A stretch of DNA of 64,000 bases from Camelus dromedarius (lineage: Eukaryota). The position numbers and the translations under genes are program-made. The DNA lies in assembly GCF_036321535.1 (NCBI RefSeq), contig NC_087458.1, positions 5,766,001 through 5,830,000 on the forward strand. The letters are read 5' to 3'. Positions 11,853-25,440 of the stretch are shown here, piece by piece. The notes beneath the pieces are model-generated. The model was not told the origin of the DNA and ran no database searches. It was given only the letters and a program-made list of their open reading frames with translations. Within the stretch, counting starts at the first letter, position 1. Each line of letters opens with the position of its first letter.

Positions 11853-12332
11853 AATAATTTTAGAAGTGTGCCTCTTGACCCTTTCAGACAAGAAGGCCTT
11901 TAAAAATCATAAGGGCATTTTCTCACAGCATCCTGACTCTAAGATACAGAGAGGCACCTCTCAGAGAGATTTGTAAATATGGCTTTTGTCTAATCAAGTG
12001 AATTGTAAGTTGATACACAGGAAGCCCACAACATTTTTAAAGGAATTATATTATCTGGGACTGAAAGGACTACAGACTGCTCAAAACAAAAAGAAGCTAT
12101 GGGCAAGAAACAGGCTGAGAAATCCACTTAGCTACAAACACAGACATTTCTTATAGAAAAGAAAGAGTTAATTCAAAATGAAACCAAGAGCCTAGAGGGT
12201 GGGGCCAAGAAGAACCATTTATAGAAAGCAGAACTGGGTCCTAGTCAAGAATCTGGTGGCATGTGTCTGACACAATTTCAGAATTGCTATGGACCAGTGA
12301 CCACTTTGTGCCTCCAATCCACCACCACCCCT

Positions 12333-12474
12333 TTTCGTTTTTGTTTTTTTTTCTGGGGGGCAGAGGTAATTAGGTTCATTTTATTTTATTTTTTAAAGGA
12401 GGTACTTGGGATTGAACCCAGGACCTCGTGCGTGCTAAGCATGTGCTCTACCACTTGAGTTATACCCTCCTCCC
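12333..12474 (-). mobile_element. Camelid tRNA-Ala SINE (Vic-1 type)
   Basis: GGAGGTACTTGGGATTGAACCCAGGACCTCGTGCGTGCTAAGC...CTACCACTTGAGTTATACCCTCC. Confidence 0.9.
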
Positions 12475-14212
12475 ATCACCCTTCTTTGAATAGGAGTGTT
12501 TATTGGAGTTATCGATCACTGTCTCATCTTTGTACAGTGAATGTGTTGTTTGCAAATCTCCAGATCAAAGGGAATCATTCTTGAGGACCTGGTCTTGAGA
12601 AGTTGTGGAGGAACTGCACCTGAGAAGCCAAATCCGTATCTAGAACTGACTTAAATAACAGGATCCTGGATCTTCAAGTTGATGCCTCCATGGAATAAGA
12701 CTTTAGATTTGGGGAAGGAAGTGAGTACATTTTGCACACGGAATGGATGTGAACTGTGGTTGCTAGAAAGCAGACTACAGTACGTAATCGCCAAAGATAG
12801 TCACCATCAATTTCATGCATGCTGTTCCTCACATTAGAAGATGGAGCCTAATTCTCCTACCCTTGAATCTGGGCCAAACTCAATAACTTGCTTGATCAAC
12901 AGAATGCAGCAGAAGCCATGTGCTGGGATTTCTGTGATAAATCTTAAGAAGCCTCACAGCTCCCCTTTGGGCATCTTGGGATGCTTGCTTTGGGGGCATT
13001 CCCTCTCAGAACCAAGTGCCGTGTTCTGGGAAGCCCAAGCCACACAGAGAGGCCTTGAGTGGGCATTCCAAACGGCAGTCCCAGCTGAGCTCCCAGCTGG
13101 CAACCAGCATCAGTTACTAGACACATTGAATGAGCCGCCTTGGATGCTGATAGCTTGAACTTTCAGATGACTCCAGCCCCAGCTTCCATCTGCAACCACA
13201 TGAGAGGTCCCACATGAGAACCCCATCATCTGATCCCAGTCTCCGCACAGAACCTTGAGAGATAATAAATTCACTGTTTAATTTACCAAGCGTTGGGGTG
13301 GTTTGTGATGCAGCAATAACTGGAAGAGCATCTTTGAGCCACTGGACCAAACCTGAACTGCACACCACAGACATCTTATTGTCTGAGGCATTTAAATGTC
13401 CATTTATTGAAGCCATTGTTAGTTAGGTTTTCTGCAACTTACAAGTGAATACATTCCTAACTAGTAAAGAATCTGGTAACTGAAGTGGGTTCCATCGAAG
13501 AAAAGAAAAAAAGAACCTAAAATGTGGAATTGGATGAAGGGACGAAAGAATAAAATATGAGCACCCTAACCTTTGCAAACTGGAAAGTTGGTGGTTTTGT
13601 TATGAGACAGCAAAGCATTTGGCCAAACTGTCATTTGATGCACCAGAGGGTGCGGAATAATATACAGTCACTTAGGCTACAATCTTAGGCAACAGAGTAG
13701 AAAAAATACGAATGTTGGTACGAACTGGCTCCTAGGAGCTTTCAGCAGAGACCAACAGGAGAAGAAAAAACCCAGACTGGAGCTAGCCAATCAGAAAGCA
13801 GATAGAAAAAGAAACACAGCTTTGCTAGAAACAGGGACACTGCCTATGGCCTGCGATCTGACAGGAAGTCCTTAATGCAAAGCTCTGCCAGGCTGGTTAG
13901 ACTAATGCCCCTCGAGCTGATCCTAGAACAACTGATTGTTTGTAATATTGAATGTCAAGGTCTGTTCTTCATTCTGAAACTATATCCTTCCTTTTTGTTG
14001 AAGTTTTCTTTTTATGAAATGCTAGTGATGGTGGATGGTATTTGCCCTTTTAAAATAGCTTTATTTGGCAAAATTTTTAAAATGTTAGCGATATTGGTCA
14101 ACAAGCAAAAACAATATTTTCAACAAGTGAAAAAGTTTATTGAGTATAAAACTAACTACAGAGAGTCCTCCTGGGCCCCCGAGGCCCGCGGGAGGGAGGC
14201 GAGCGTGCTGCA

Positions 14213-14551
<339 letters not shown>

Positions 14552-15112
14552 CTAAGCACAGGATTCGCTCTACTCCCCACAGGAGCCCAGCGAGGTGGGC
14601 ATTACCCTCATCGGCTGATGAGGAAATGACAGTTTTCTGAGGCCACCGCCACTCCCCATCACCAGCAAAGTGAATTCAGAAAAGACACACCCTTTTTCAT
14701 GCCAGCCAAAATAAAATCAAATTAGACAAATGAGACCAAAAGAAACATTTAAAAAGAAAGGGCCTGTCTCAACGTTCAAAGCCTGAGACCTGACTTTGGG
14801 ATTCCCCAGGAGTCAGTAAGGGGAAGGCAAGGGGCAAACTGAGAGCTGACTGCGTCTCTCCGCAAAATGTCCCGGGGGGTGTGTCTTCGCTGGACTGCTC
14901 TCTCCTTACACACTTTTGTAGTTTGGCACATAAATATGGAAAATGAGAGAGAGAGAGGACACACACACACATGCTGTGCGATCATGAGCCAGTCACTTCC
15001 CCTCTCTGGGCTCTGAGAGTGCCTCCGTTCTCTGAGGCCATGAAGGGCCCGGCCCCACCCTGCTGTCTATGTCAGGAGGCACCCCAGAGGAAAGGAGAAT
15101 AGATTTATCCTA

Positions 15113-15472
<360 letters not shown>

Positions 15473-16353
15473 TCACCCTTCCGCTGGCTGTGTTCGGAAG
15501 GGCCTCAGGGCTCCTCTGATCCCACTTGGGGCCCACCCCCGAGGGCAGGGCTCCCCCTTTGAGTGTCTGTGGAAGGGAAATGGCAGGGCGACCTGAGTCC
15601 CATCTGGGATCATCTCTCTGCAGCTCCTTCCACAGGCCAGTGGGCTCTGTGCCAGCGCTGGGGAGGCAGGCACCTCCATGGGCTACTCACTGGGGCTGCT
15701 GGCTCCCCTCAGGGGTAGGAGGGTCCCTGAGGGGTCACTTCCCTCCTCAGCCAGAGGGTGTCGCTCTCTCATCTAACTGGAAGCTCCCCGGGGCAGGCAC
15801 ATGTCCTCCCTGGGACTCAGGGCTCTCATAGGGCAGGGAATGTGTCTCCCCTCATACTGGAGGCCCCTGAGCGGCGGTGCTGGCTCTATGCAGATGGGGC
15901 ATGGGTAGGGTGGAGGCAACTGAACACCCTTCTCCCCAGGAAGGATCTTACTGGGGCTGGAATGAAAGAAATTAAAAGCCCAGGGCCCCGGGATCAGGAA
16001 AGAATCTGGGACATAAGGACAGACCTCGGAGGTCATCTTTTCCAAGGTCCTGCTTCGAGAATGCTCAGACCAGCCCAGGAGGGTTAGGCGGGTCCAGGGG
16101 GAAGCCAGAGGAGCTGGTGTCAGAGGCAGGGAGAACCCAGGGGCCCATCCTGCCAGCCCTGCCTTCAGGAGGTGGGAGAGGACAGGAAGCAGCAGTGGGC
16201 AGAGCTAGGCCGCTACTCAGGGCAGGGACCCAGGAGGGCCCACGCACTTGAGAGCCTTGGCTCTTGTTCCTGAGTCCTGCTGGAATCCAGGATTTTGCAA
16301 AAACAAAAACAAAAACAAAACAAACCCAGGATTCTTGTTAAAGCGCTCCAACA

Positions 16354-16357
<4 letters not shown>

Positions 16358-16398
<41 letters not shown>
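16358..16398 (+). repeat. (CA)n microsatellite, about 20 units, S100A2 intron 1
   Basis: Direct reading. Confidence 0.95.
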
Positions 16399-16400
<2 letters not shown>

Positions 16401-16689
16401 CATACTCCTAGGCCTAGACCTCCAAGAAGGGCTTCTAGACTGACACCCAGACTGGGAGCCCCAAGAGGGGGCCTCAGAGTAATCCCTAAACTGAAACCTC
16501 ACCGAGGAGCCTGGAAAGTCTCAGTCTGACACTTCACAGGAGGTTCCCCTCAAGTGCAGAGACTCACAGAGGCCCCAGGACTCTTCCAGCAATGCTATCA
16601 GAATGAGACAAAGATCGAGACAAAGGCACAAAGGCAGAGACCGACGGGGGTCCTCCCCACCCAGACCTCAGCAGGACAGAGTTACTCAC

Positions 16690-16758
16690 CAGACCTGATG
16701 GTAGAGAGAGACTCAGGACGGAAAGCAAGGGCCAGGTGCCCAAAGTGAGGATTTATAT
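16690..16758 (-). promoter_or_regulatory. S100A2: S100A2 TATA box and short non-coding exon 1
   Basis: Minus-strand ATATAAA at 16752-16758; donor CTG|GTGAGT at 16690/16689. Confidence 0.8.
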
Positions 16759-19700
16759 GCCACCCACAGGCCCCCAACACGGAATTCAAGGAAACCAAAC
16801 CTGCCCTAACCTGATCTCGCCAAAGCCTGGCTTCCTGCCACCCCCACCTACTCCCTCCCAGCCCCCTCCTTCCCAGAGACCGCCAGCCCCACCGCCAGCT
16901 GGGGACAGTTCTAGGCTGGCCAAGGGCAGCCCCCAGGCCCACCCAGGCCACGGTGAGGAGCGAGAAGCTGGAGGTGTCGAGGGGAAGGGGGATCCTGGGC
17001 CCACGGCTTGGGGAGGCAGCCCCTGTTCCTGGGGCCTAGAGACTCAGACCAGGCCGTGTTCTCATGACACATGCCTATGAGTCATGGCTCACTGGTGTAT
17101 CAGAGGCTGCAGGTGCACACTGGGACTTCACAGGTGTGTTTGTGTGTGTATGTACATGTGTGCGCGCTGGGGGCTAGCAGCAGCTGGGGGGCATCAGGAA
17201 AGAGAGGGCGGGGTGACCTCAGGGAATGAGGGAAACACAGTTACATTTAATATCTGGCACCACAATACCTTTTAATGATGTAATGAGGAAAGTTGATGTG
17301 CCTAAAAGTACCTGCAAAAGACCCCCTTTGTGTTGGAAGGGGTCTGGAAGGAGACAGGGAGGCAGTGAGAGGTGAGATGGCTGTTTACCATCAGCTGGGG
17401 TGAGCAGCAGTCTGTGTGGTGTGGAAGGAAGCCCCAGGAGGTCTGAAGGAAGAAGAGAAAACTCTGGTCTCCTCTTCTCCAGCTTGAGGGGTGAGTGAGT
17501 GGGGGGGGGGGGGGGCTGACCACTTCCCAAAGCCAGGGGGCCAGGCCTGGGGTGAGGCCTCCCTCAGCCCACTCCTAAAGGCCCCTCCCCATAGGGAGAG
17601 ACAGGCAAACACTGAGGCCTTTCAGGACCCAGCCCAGGGGAGGGGTTTTCAGGGAAGAGCAGGCTTCTTGCCGCCCCTTCCCAGGCCCCCTCGCCTACTG
17701 CCCCGGGCCAGTCTGGGCTCCACCCTTCCTGTGGGCCCAGCTCCCCTCCCCCCTCCAGATGTCCACTAGCCTCCTTCCCCTCCCCCAGCACCCCTGGTCC
17801 TAGGTGACTCACCCGTGGTTCCAGGCCCAGATGCCCAGGCAGTGACTCACCAGCACCGCCCTCCTCCCCCAGGGCCAGGGCAGCCTCAGTCCTGAGGCAG
17901 CAGGCGGAAACCCCAGCCCAGCTTGGGAGGCGAGGGCGCTGGCACACAGACCCTTCCCAGGCCCGGGACCTTTGGATCGGGACACCACAGAGAAGCTCAG
18001 ACTGAGAACCGCCAGAGGATCAGCTGTGGCGCCAGACTGCTCTCTTTCTGGGGCCGCCCTGGGATTCAGGGGCAGCCTGAGAGCACAAATGAAGTCACAC
18101 TTTGGGGGCCCCCAGCATCCTCTCCTACATCTTTGCAAAGCCGCCCAGTGTCCCCTCCTCCCCAAGGCACTTTGACCTATCAGGTTACTGTACCTCCCCT
18201 TCAAAACCTATTTCAGGTAGAGCTTGGAATCAAAATTGTTCACCCTGAGGGTAAGGACCAAAGGGATGCAAGGCATTGCTTTTTGGAGGACTTCTTCCAT
18301 GTTAACTGAGGACTTCGGCAGATGCCACTTCTGCTCAGAAGCCACAGTGGTGTCCCCGCAGCTCCTCCCAGCAGTAAGGTGCTTGGACCCTGGCCCCCAC
18401 CTGCACTGAGCCTCCCCTGCGTATACACTAACTGCCTTGCTCGTTGCACCTAAGCCCTTGGGGGCACGTGCCCCTGGTGTGGCCACGACTCTTGGCATAT
18501 GCCCACCCCTCTACTCAGAATGCGCCCACTCATCACATCCCTTCCTGCTGAAATCCCACCCTGCTTTCACAGGCCAGTAAAACGTCCCCTGCTTCACAGG
18601 GCTTTCCCTGGGCCCAACCAGATTCTGTCTGTACCTGCTCTGACCCCTACCAGGCACTCCTTTTGTCCTGTGTGCTCAAAGCATTCTGCTCTCGATTGAA
18701 TCACTCATGTACTGTCTTCTCTCGCCCACATGGTGAGCTCACTGGGAGGGATTGCCCACACCAGGTGCCAACCAGTTTATGGTTACCAAATTGCGGGGGG
18801 GGGTGTTGCTGGGGGTAGTATTTAGGAGCCAGGGGGCCTTCTCACCTCCCCACATCACACCACTGATTATGCTACCAAATCATCACTTCTCTGGATCCCA
18901 TGAGCGGAACTAAGACACTGGGTTGGAAAACAGAGCTTGAGAGAGCTATGAATCCCTGAGGAGTGACTGCAGGAAACATCTCACTCTGGGGACCTAGCCA
19001 GGAGCTGAGCAAACTCCCCAGAAGGCAGGGATGGAGACAGGAGGCAGAGGAAGAGACACAGGGGCAGTCAGATGGAAACTGGGAGAAAAGGTCAGAGAAA
19101 AATAGAGTCACGGAAACAAAGGGACTGTGAGGTAAAAGGGACTAAGATGGAAGAGGGAGAGAGCTCCTGATTGCTCAGGGGCAGCACCTGGACACCTGTC
19201 CCTAAATGAGAACTGAGGCCAAGATAGTGTCCATTAAGTGGCGCTATTCCTGAGACTTATGAAAATCACAGTAATTTGCCACTAACTTGCTGTGTGATGG
19301 ATCTTGAGCAATTCTCATCTCCTTGGCAGAACGGGAAGGTTGGACAGACTGACCCGGAGAGTCCAATCCCACTCTCCATTCTCCGCCTCTCCATGACGGC
19401 AGAGAAGCCAGGGCGCAGACAGGCAGTGGGCACACCTGGCCATGACTCTGTCCAGGCCCAGCCTGAGAAGCAGGGTCTCTGCTTCCCGTCCATCCACCTT
19501 GCGCCCGGTTCCAGGCGCCAGACGTTTCCCACCAGCGGCTTCTGGATTTTTCCCGTCTTGTTCTGTCCCCCGGTGGTTAAGATGTGTCATTGCGGGCTGG
19601 TCTCTCCCTGCGCTCCCTCTTTCCCTCCCTCCGGTCCGCGCCCGGCCAGCCCATGCCCTGCCCTGCTCCTGACTCAGGAAGGAGGCCCTGCTGACTCATC

Positions 19701-21101
19701 TCCATCGAGCCTTCCCACACCCACACCTCTCACACCCGCCTGATGTATAAGGTATTTCCTGGACAGGTCCTGCTGGGAAACCCAGGTGGGCTGCTGAGAC
19801 GAAAGACAGATGCCTGTAAACTGTTTAATAGCCATTGGGAGAGGGCAGGAGGGAACTAGGTAGCAGAAGTGAGGGGCTGAGCACTGCCAAGCTCTGCCAA
19901 CCTACCCACTGTCCCCGGGGCAGTTCAGCAGAAAGAGAAATGGCCTCACTGTTGGGGCCCCAGGTTTAAGCCCTGGCTTTCCCCTGGCTGACTGTGCGAT
20001 CTTAGGGGAGCTGCACCAACAATTGACCTTAAACTTTTTCACTACAAAGAGCCCTTTTATTATTCTTCTGATCCCCAAAATATGCTTTGAGATATTTGCT
20101 CTTAACAAACTGCATTAAATAATTTATCTAACTATCCCCTGCGTTATCGCACTGTTTGGGTTATTCTGAATCTGCCATGTGTATTGCGTTTGTCATCCCC
20201 TTTGCTGCAGAGGTGCAGACTGACTTTGTGTCCCTACTAGGGGATCTGGTCAGGAACAAATCATTCCTTGTGTCCCTAGCCTCCAGCCACCCCCACTGTC
20301 GTCCCTGTCCTGATGACAGCAGGCTCACAGGAACACAGATACTCTCTGGGGGGGGACAGGCCTCCTCCACCCACAACTCCTCACGGAGTCAGTACAGAGC
20401 CCTGTAGTTCCTGAGATCTGATGCCTGAAAAGCACACAGCCCTGGGTGTCAGGCAGCCCTGGGTCTGAAGCAGGGTTCCACCATTTGCCAGAATGGATGC
20501 TAAGCACAGAACAAGTCAGCTGGAGAAAGGGGTGATAACCGGAATCAGCAGAAAGCAGAGTGGTTAACAACCTTCTCGGAAACACCCAACTTGAGAGATG
20601 TGTTCTAATGCATTCTGATAAACCCAGGGAACTTCCCAAATCTCAGAAAAGAACTAAAGGCAGCTTCAGGGGGAAAAAAAAAAAAAAGGTGACTCAGGAA
20701 GGTAAGCAGTGATGTTGAAAAGCATAGAATATTGCTCATGAGGAAGTGGTTTAAAGAGAGGCGTTTTAAGAGATTAGGGTGTAATACTAGGAAATGGTTA
20801 TAGCAGAGAAGGTAAGATGTTGGATTCTGAGTTTGAATCTTGACTCCACCACATTCTGGCTCTAGGGATCAAGACCGTTCAGCTCTAAGAGACAGAAATT
20901 CCAGGCAAGCTCACTGAAGCAAAACAAAAAAAAAAAAAAAAAGTGGGGAGGGGGCTGTATTATGTTACATAACTGTTAAGGTCACTGCAATAATTCACAG
21001 GATCAATGAACCACAGCCTTGGGGGCTAGAACAGGACACTCAACACCATGCATCCACCCATCCAACCTTCTCTCATCGCTGTTTGTCTCTCTTTATATGT
21101 T

Positions 21102-21602
21102 TGTTACTGAGTCCAAACTCGTTCTACTTGCCGCACAACAGGTCAATAAATCAGGCAAGGAATAATGACTTTATTCGGAAAGCTGGCAGACCGAGAAGAT
21201 GGAGGGCTAATGTCCTGGAGAACCATCTTTCCCAAGTCAGAATTCAGGCTCCTTTTATGCTAAAAAGGGGAGGGGATGTGGTCGTTGCAAACTTCTTGGT
21301 GTCCGAATCCTTTGTTCTTGCAACTGTCCACGTGGGTCAGGTCATCGCGTCCCTGTAAACCTCCAACAAAACAATGTTATTTTCTATTCTGCAACTTTTT
21401 ATCTTTATATGAATGGGAAAAATATTAATACCCTTAAAGGTCAGAGCCTTGAGAATCGGCTATCCTGTATATTTCAGGCTATATTCAACATTCTTTTACG
21501 AAAGGGGCAGAACCAGCACAACTAAGCCCAGGAAACAGAACACAGGGTTGAAGCCAAAGGAAGAGACCAAATATGGAGTCAGATTTGTTCTCTTCTATTA
21601 CA
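21102..21602 (-). mobile_element. ERV1-class solo LTR (501 bp)
   Basis: Minus strand starts TGTAATAGAAGAGAACAAATCTGACTCCAT and ends CTCAGTAACA; internal AATAAA near 21170; 4-bp TSD TGTT at 21098-21101 and 21603-21606, typical of class I ERVs. Confidence 0.88.
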
Positions 21603-21859
21603 TGTTGGCTTCACTCTTACTATAGTAGGGTCTATCGAAATAACAAGGAACATGGCCACAGACTGTTCTACCTTCGTAAACCCAGTGTCCATATATCCCA
21701 GGAAGAGCCCTAATTGGTCCTGCTTGGTTCATGTACTCAGCTATGGAGCAACCCCTGTTTCCAGGGAGTCAGGGAGCTATGAGCAGCCAGTGTGGGTGAG
21801 GTACCTGGCCCTATGGTCAAGGGTCTCTTTCCAAAAGAAGGAAGCAGGTCACCGCAGTC

Positions 21860-22015
21860 AGTACACTAGCCATGTCACCTTATGAGCACTGCTTAACCTC
21901 CCTCTAGGAATCAGTTTCCTCCTCTGTAACATGAGGCTACTGTCACCCGCCTCACAGATCGAATGAGATAGCCCGTGTAAAGTACCTAGCGAGCACTCAG
22001 TGAATGTTGTTAGAT
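21860..22015 (+). mobile_element. MIR
   Basis: CTTAACCTCCCTCTAGGAATCAGTTTCCTCCTCTGTAACATGAGG MIR core. Confidence 0.65.
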
Positions 22016-23547
22016 ACAGCAGTAGAAGAAGAAACCATGGCAGGCAGCTAGAACCAAGGTCATTGCCGAGATGGGGTCGTCTGACACGTCAGCAATGGAC
22101 AACCACTACCAAGCCCCGCATAGCCACTAAAACACGAGGGCGATAATCAGCTCCTCGTTTCCCTGTCAACACTGATAGGCTTTTTTTGAGCCCTCATTTT
22201 GTCATCTGCTAGTGTCATGTGTTAACAGTTTAATTTTTAAAAATAATAAAGAAAAGCTTAAAATTAAGGAAAATCCACTCACTTGCTTCATTCTTCCTCC
22301 TAGCTTGGAAATGATCATATTTCTCCCATTCTAACTGGCAAAACATCTAAGGCCAGCTGCAGATATAGCGGAGTTCGGTGACAACCTAGGCTGACCTAGT
22401 TCAGTGCCTCCTGGTGCTCCATCCCATAGGTGAGGGGGTGGACTTCGTGCCTGGGAGTAGACACACCCGCACATCGTCATCCAAGCTAACGCACCGGTGT
22501 CGAGAGCATTCACTTCCAGTCATCCTGGCTCTCTATTCACCAGCCAGCCTCTGGTTTGTATTGGATCCTCACAGAAACGTTCCTTCTGGAAAGAAACTGA
22601 GCTGATTTCCAGACTGAGTTTACCACGCAGTCATAAGGATGCACAAAGATTGGTCTCTCGGAACAAGATCATCTCTAAGTCAAGTAATAACAAATTACTT
22701 TCTGAACCTGTCCCCCCTCTGACCAGATAAACATCTGCTTCTAAGGAAGGAGGGCAGCATTAAGGTGGGAAGGAAGAAATTCAAGTGTGCTGAGTGCTTA
22801 CTCTGTGTGGAGATTGTTTTAAGTAGTACATTATCTAATTTAATCCTCCCCACCAGCCTAGAATGTGGGCCATGCCTGTGATTAATAGATCAAGAAACAG
22901 AAGCTCAGGGGATTAAGAGCAGAGCTGGGATTTGAACTCAGATTGGCCCGGCTGCAGAGCTCAGTTACCCCAACCGCCTGCTTCTCCTTCACCAGAAGTT
23001 CCTTCTCTGCCACGTCCCTGGTCCCCTTCTGTTCCCTACCCCTGACATTAGTTTTCTACCCTTTCTCTCCTGCTGTCTTCCCTCTGTCTCCTTTCTCTCC
23101 ATCTTTCTCACGGCACCATCACCTCCTCAATTTAGATGACTCCTAGAATGAAAGGGTGTGAATCGGCATTCGGGCAGCCCCGCCCTCCCAGCCCCAGGCT
23201 CTCACTGCTCCCCTAGTCATCCAAGCCCCAACACGGGCATCGTCTCCGCCCGGCTCTGTAGAACCCAGGATCCAGCCAGGCAGCCTCGCCAGCCACAAGT
23301 CCCTACCGAGCACACACCCAGTGCTGCTGGGCATTTCCCTGGAAGCTCACCTGGCCGACCCTTCCTTTCTGCACCCATAGCAACAGGCTCACCCAGGCTG
23401 TGCTGGGACAGCAACCTCCTGACCAGTCCCCTCCAGGACTCTAGTCTCTCCCCTCCTCCATTCTGATCAGAACTATCCATTCTGACCCTCACTTGCTCAA
23501 AGACCATCCAGGTCTCTCTACTGACCACCACATCATTTAAACTCTTC

Positions 23548-23627
23548 GAGGCAGGAAGGGTATAGCTCAGTGGTAGAGCACATGCTTAGCATGCACCAGG
23601 TCCTTGGTTCAACCTCCAGTATCTCCA

Positions 23628-23675
<48 letters not shown>

Positions 23676-23715
23676 ACAAGCACCCCCAAATAAATAAAAT
23701 TAAACAATTAAAAAG
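23548..23715 (+). mobile_element. Camelid tRNA-Ala SINE with (TAAA)n-expanded tail
   Basis: SINE head; (TAAA) about 12 times; 10-bp TSD TAAACTCTTC at 23538-23547 and 23716-23725. Confidence 0.92.
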
Positions 23716-23759
23716 TAAACTCTTCAATGTGGTTCCCAAGGGTACAACTTTCCAATTCC

Positions 23760-24330
23760 CTCTTCATCATGCCACAAATGTTTATTAGGTCGTGACACTA
23801 CACTGGGCCCTGGGGACACACTGGTGGAAAAAAATGGATGCATTCCTCTCCCTGGTGGGGCATGTAATCAAGTGAGGAAGCCAGGAAATAAGTGTAAATT
23901 ACAAGCTGTAGTAAGGGCTGTGAATGAAAACAAACGGGTGCTGTGATAAAGAGTCACCACCTGGGTAGGGTGGTCAGGCGAGGGCTTGCCAAGGAGGAGA
24001 CATTTCACCTGAGACCTGAGGAATGAGGAGTTCCCCACACGGGTTAGTCGGGGATGAGCGTTCCGGGCAGTGGCCCAGAGACAGGAGGGAGTTTGGGAGT
24101 GTGAAAGAAGCAAAAGAAGACAGGTGTGGGTGGGGCACGGGTGGCGAGGGAGAGAATGGCATCAGATGGAATTGCAGAGGCCCGTGGGGGTCAAGTCACG
24201 CAGAGCCTCTGAGACCAGCGTCAGGAGCCTGGGTTTTATTCCAAGTACCACAGGAAACCATGGAAGGATTTTAAGTAATAAGAGTGACAGACTCTAACTT
24301 AGGGCTTAAGCATGACGCTGGGACACGCTC
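23760..24330 (+). mobile_element. L2 3' fragment
   Basis: CAAATGTTTATT...CATTTCACCTGAGACCTGAGGAATGAG...GGAAACCATGGAAGGATTTTAAG L2 hallmarks. Confidence 0.65.
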
Positions 24331-25099
24331 TCAATGAAAGATGGCAGAGTAGAGGTGTTTTTTGTTTCTCCACTTTGGAACCTCCAAAGAATTAAAAAAA
24401 AAAAAAAGTAGAGATGAAAAAGACCATGTTTGATGAAACTGGTATAACCGCAAGCCACAAATCATGAAGAGCACCTGCCAAATATAGTTATGTGTGGACC
24501 TAAGCAAGGGCATTCTATGAAAGCAGAAACACACTGCCCAAACCCTTGGGTGGAACACCTCCTGGAAGGGAAATCCAATGTCCCTTTGATTGAAACACTA
24601 ATATTGGAGGTTGAGAACAGGCTTAGGAGAGGACTCCCTGCAGAGACCTAGTTTGTCACCGCAGGACATCAGGGAAAAGGTAGCTTGAGAAGAAGCCATG
24701 CTGGCATGACATTCCTGTTGCCTTGACATGGCCTCCTGGTCAAGGATGCCACCAGAGGTGAACTGGGGTGAAGCAAGAGAGGAGGCAGAGGATGTCAGAC
24801 TAGATGCCACCAAGTTTTACTGAGATGCACCCCTACCTCCCAAACACTGAAAGTGAGAGGAGATATGTACCCCTACACACCCCAGGGACCGCTCCAGCCC
24901 ACCTACACCGCCCCCGCTCTACAGCGCACCACCCTTCAGGCGATAGCTAGCTCTGCTCAAAGTCAACGATAATCAGAAAGGATAATGGTCAAGAAAATTT
25001 AAAAATAACTTTTAAAAAAGATACAAGGATTCAGAGAAAAGATTATATAGCAAAAGGAGAAGGGAGAATTAGAAGACTTCAGATAAGAAATAAAAAGCG

Positions 25100-25230
25100 G
25101 GGAGGGTAAGCTCAGTGGTAAAGTGCCAGCCTGCAGACATGATGTCCTGACTTCAATCCCCAGTACCTCCACTAAAAAAATAAACCTAATTACCTCCTCC
25201 ATTTAAAAATAAAACAAAACAAACAAAAAA
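25100..25230 (+). mobile_element. Camelid tRNA-Ala SINE (diverged)
   Basis: GGGGAGGGTAAGCTCAGTGGTAAAG...TTCAATCCCCAGTACCTCC...AAACCTAATTACCTCC. Confidence 0.85.
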
Positions 25231-25350
25231 ATTGAAAAAATTCAAATGTTACACAGATGAAGGTCATATGCTAAAATAGAATAAACACAATGGAAATTAA
25301 AATCAGGAACCTAATGATAGGTTTAAGAAAATCATAAAGCAGAAATGGAC

Positions 25351-25440
25351 AGGGTTGAGGGTGTAGGTCAGTGGTAGAGCCCATGCTTGGTGTCCATGAG
25401 GTCCTGAAAAAAAGAAAAAAAGAAAAAGAAAGGAAAAGCA
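25351..25440 (+). mobile_element. Truncated camelid tRNA-Ala SINE
   Basis: GAGGGTGTAGGTCAGTGGTAGAGCCCATGCTTGG...GAGGTCCTG then poly-A. Confidence 0.7.

Larger units (their letters stand above)
10400..13860 (+). mobile_element. ERVL-MaLR (MLT1) cluster: LTR pieces plus internal sequence, interrupted by two SINEs
   Basis: MLT1 LTR motifs (GCAGCCATCTTGTGATCATGAAG; CCCTTGAATCTGGGC; GGGGTGGTTTGTGATGCAGCAATA) and MLT-internal-like text (ACCTAATGAACTC...GGCTAAGGAGATTT; CCTAAAATGTGGAA). Boundaries approximate. Confidence 0.75.

Noticed and set aside
17067-17076. Full p53 response element for S100A2
   Set aside because: Only one imperfect half-site is visible, and orthology to the human site could not be confirmed; kept only as part of the AP-1 cluster finding.
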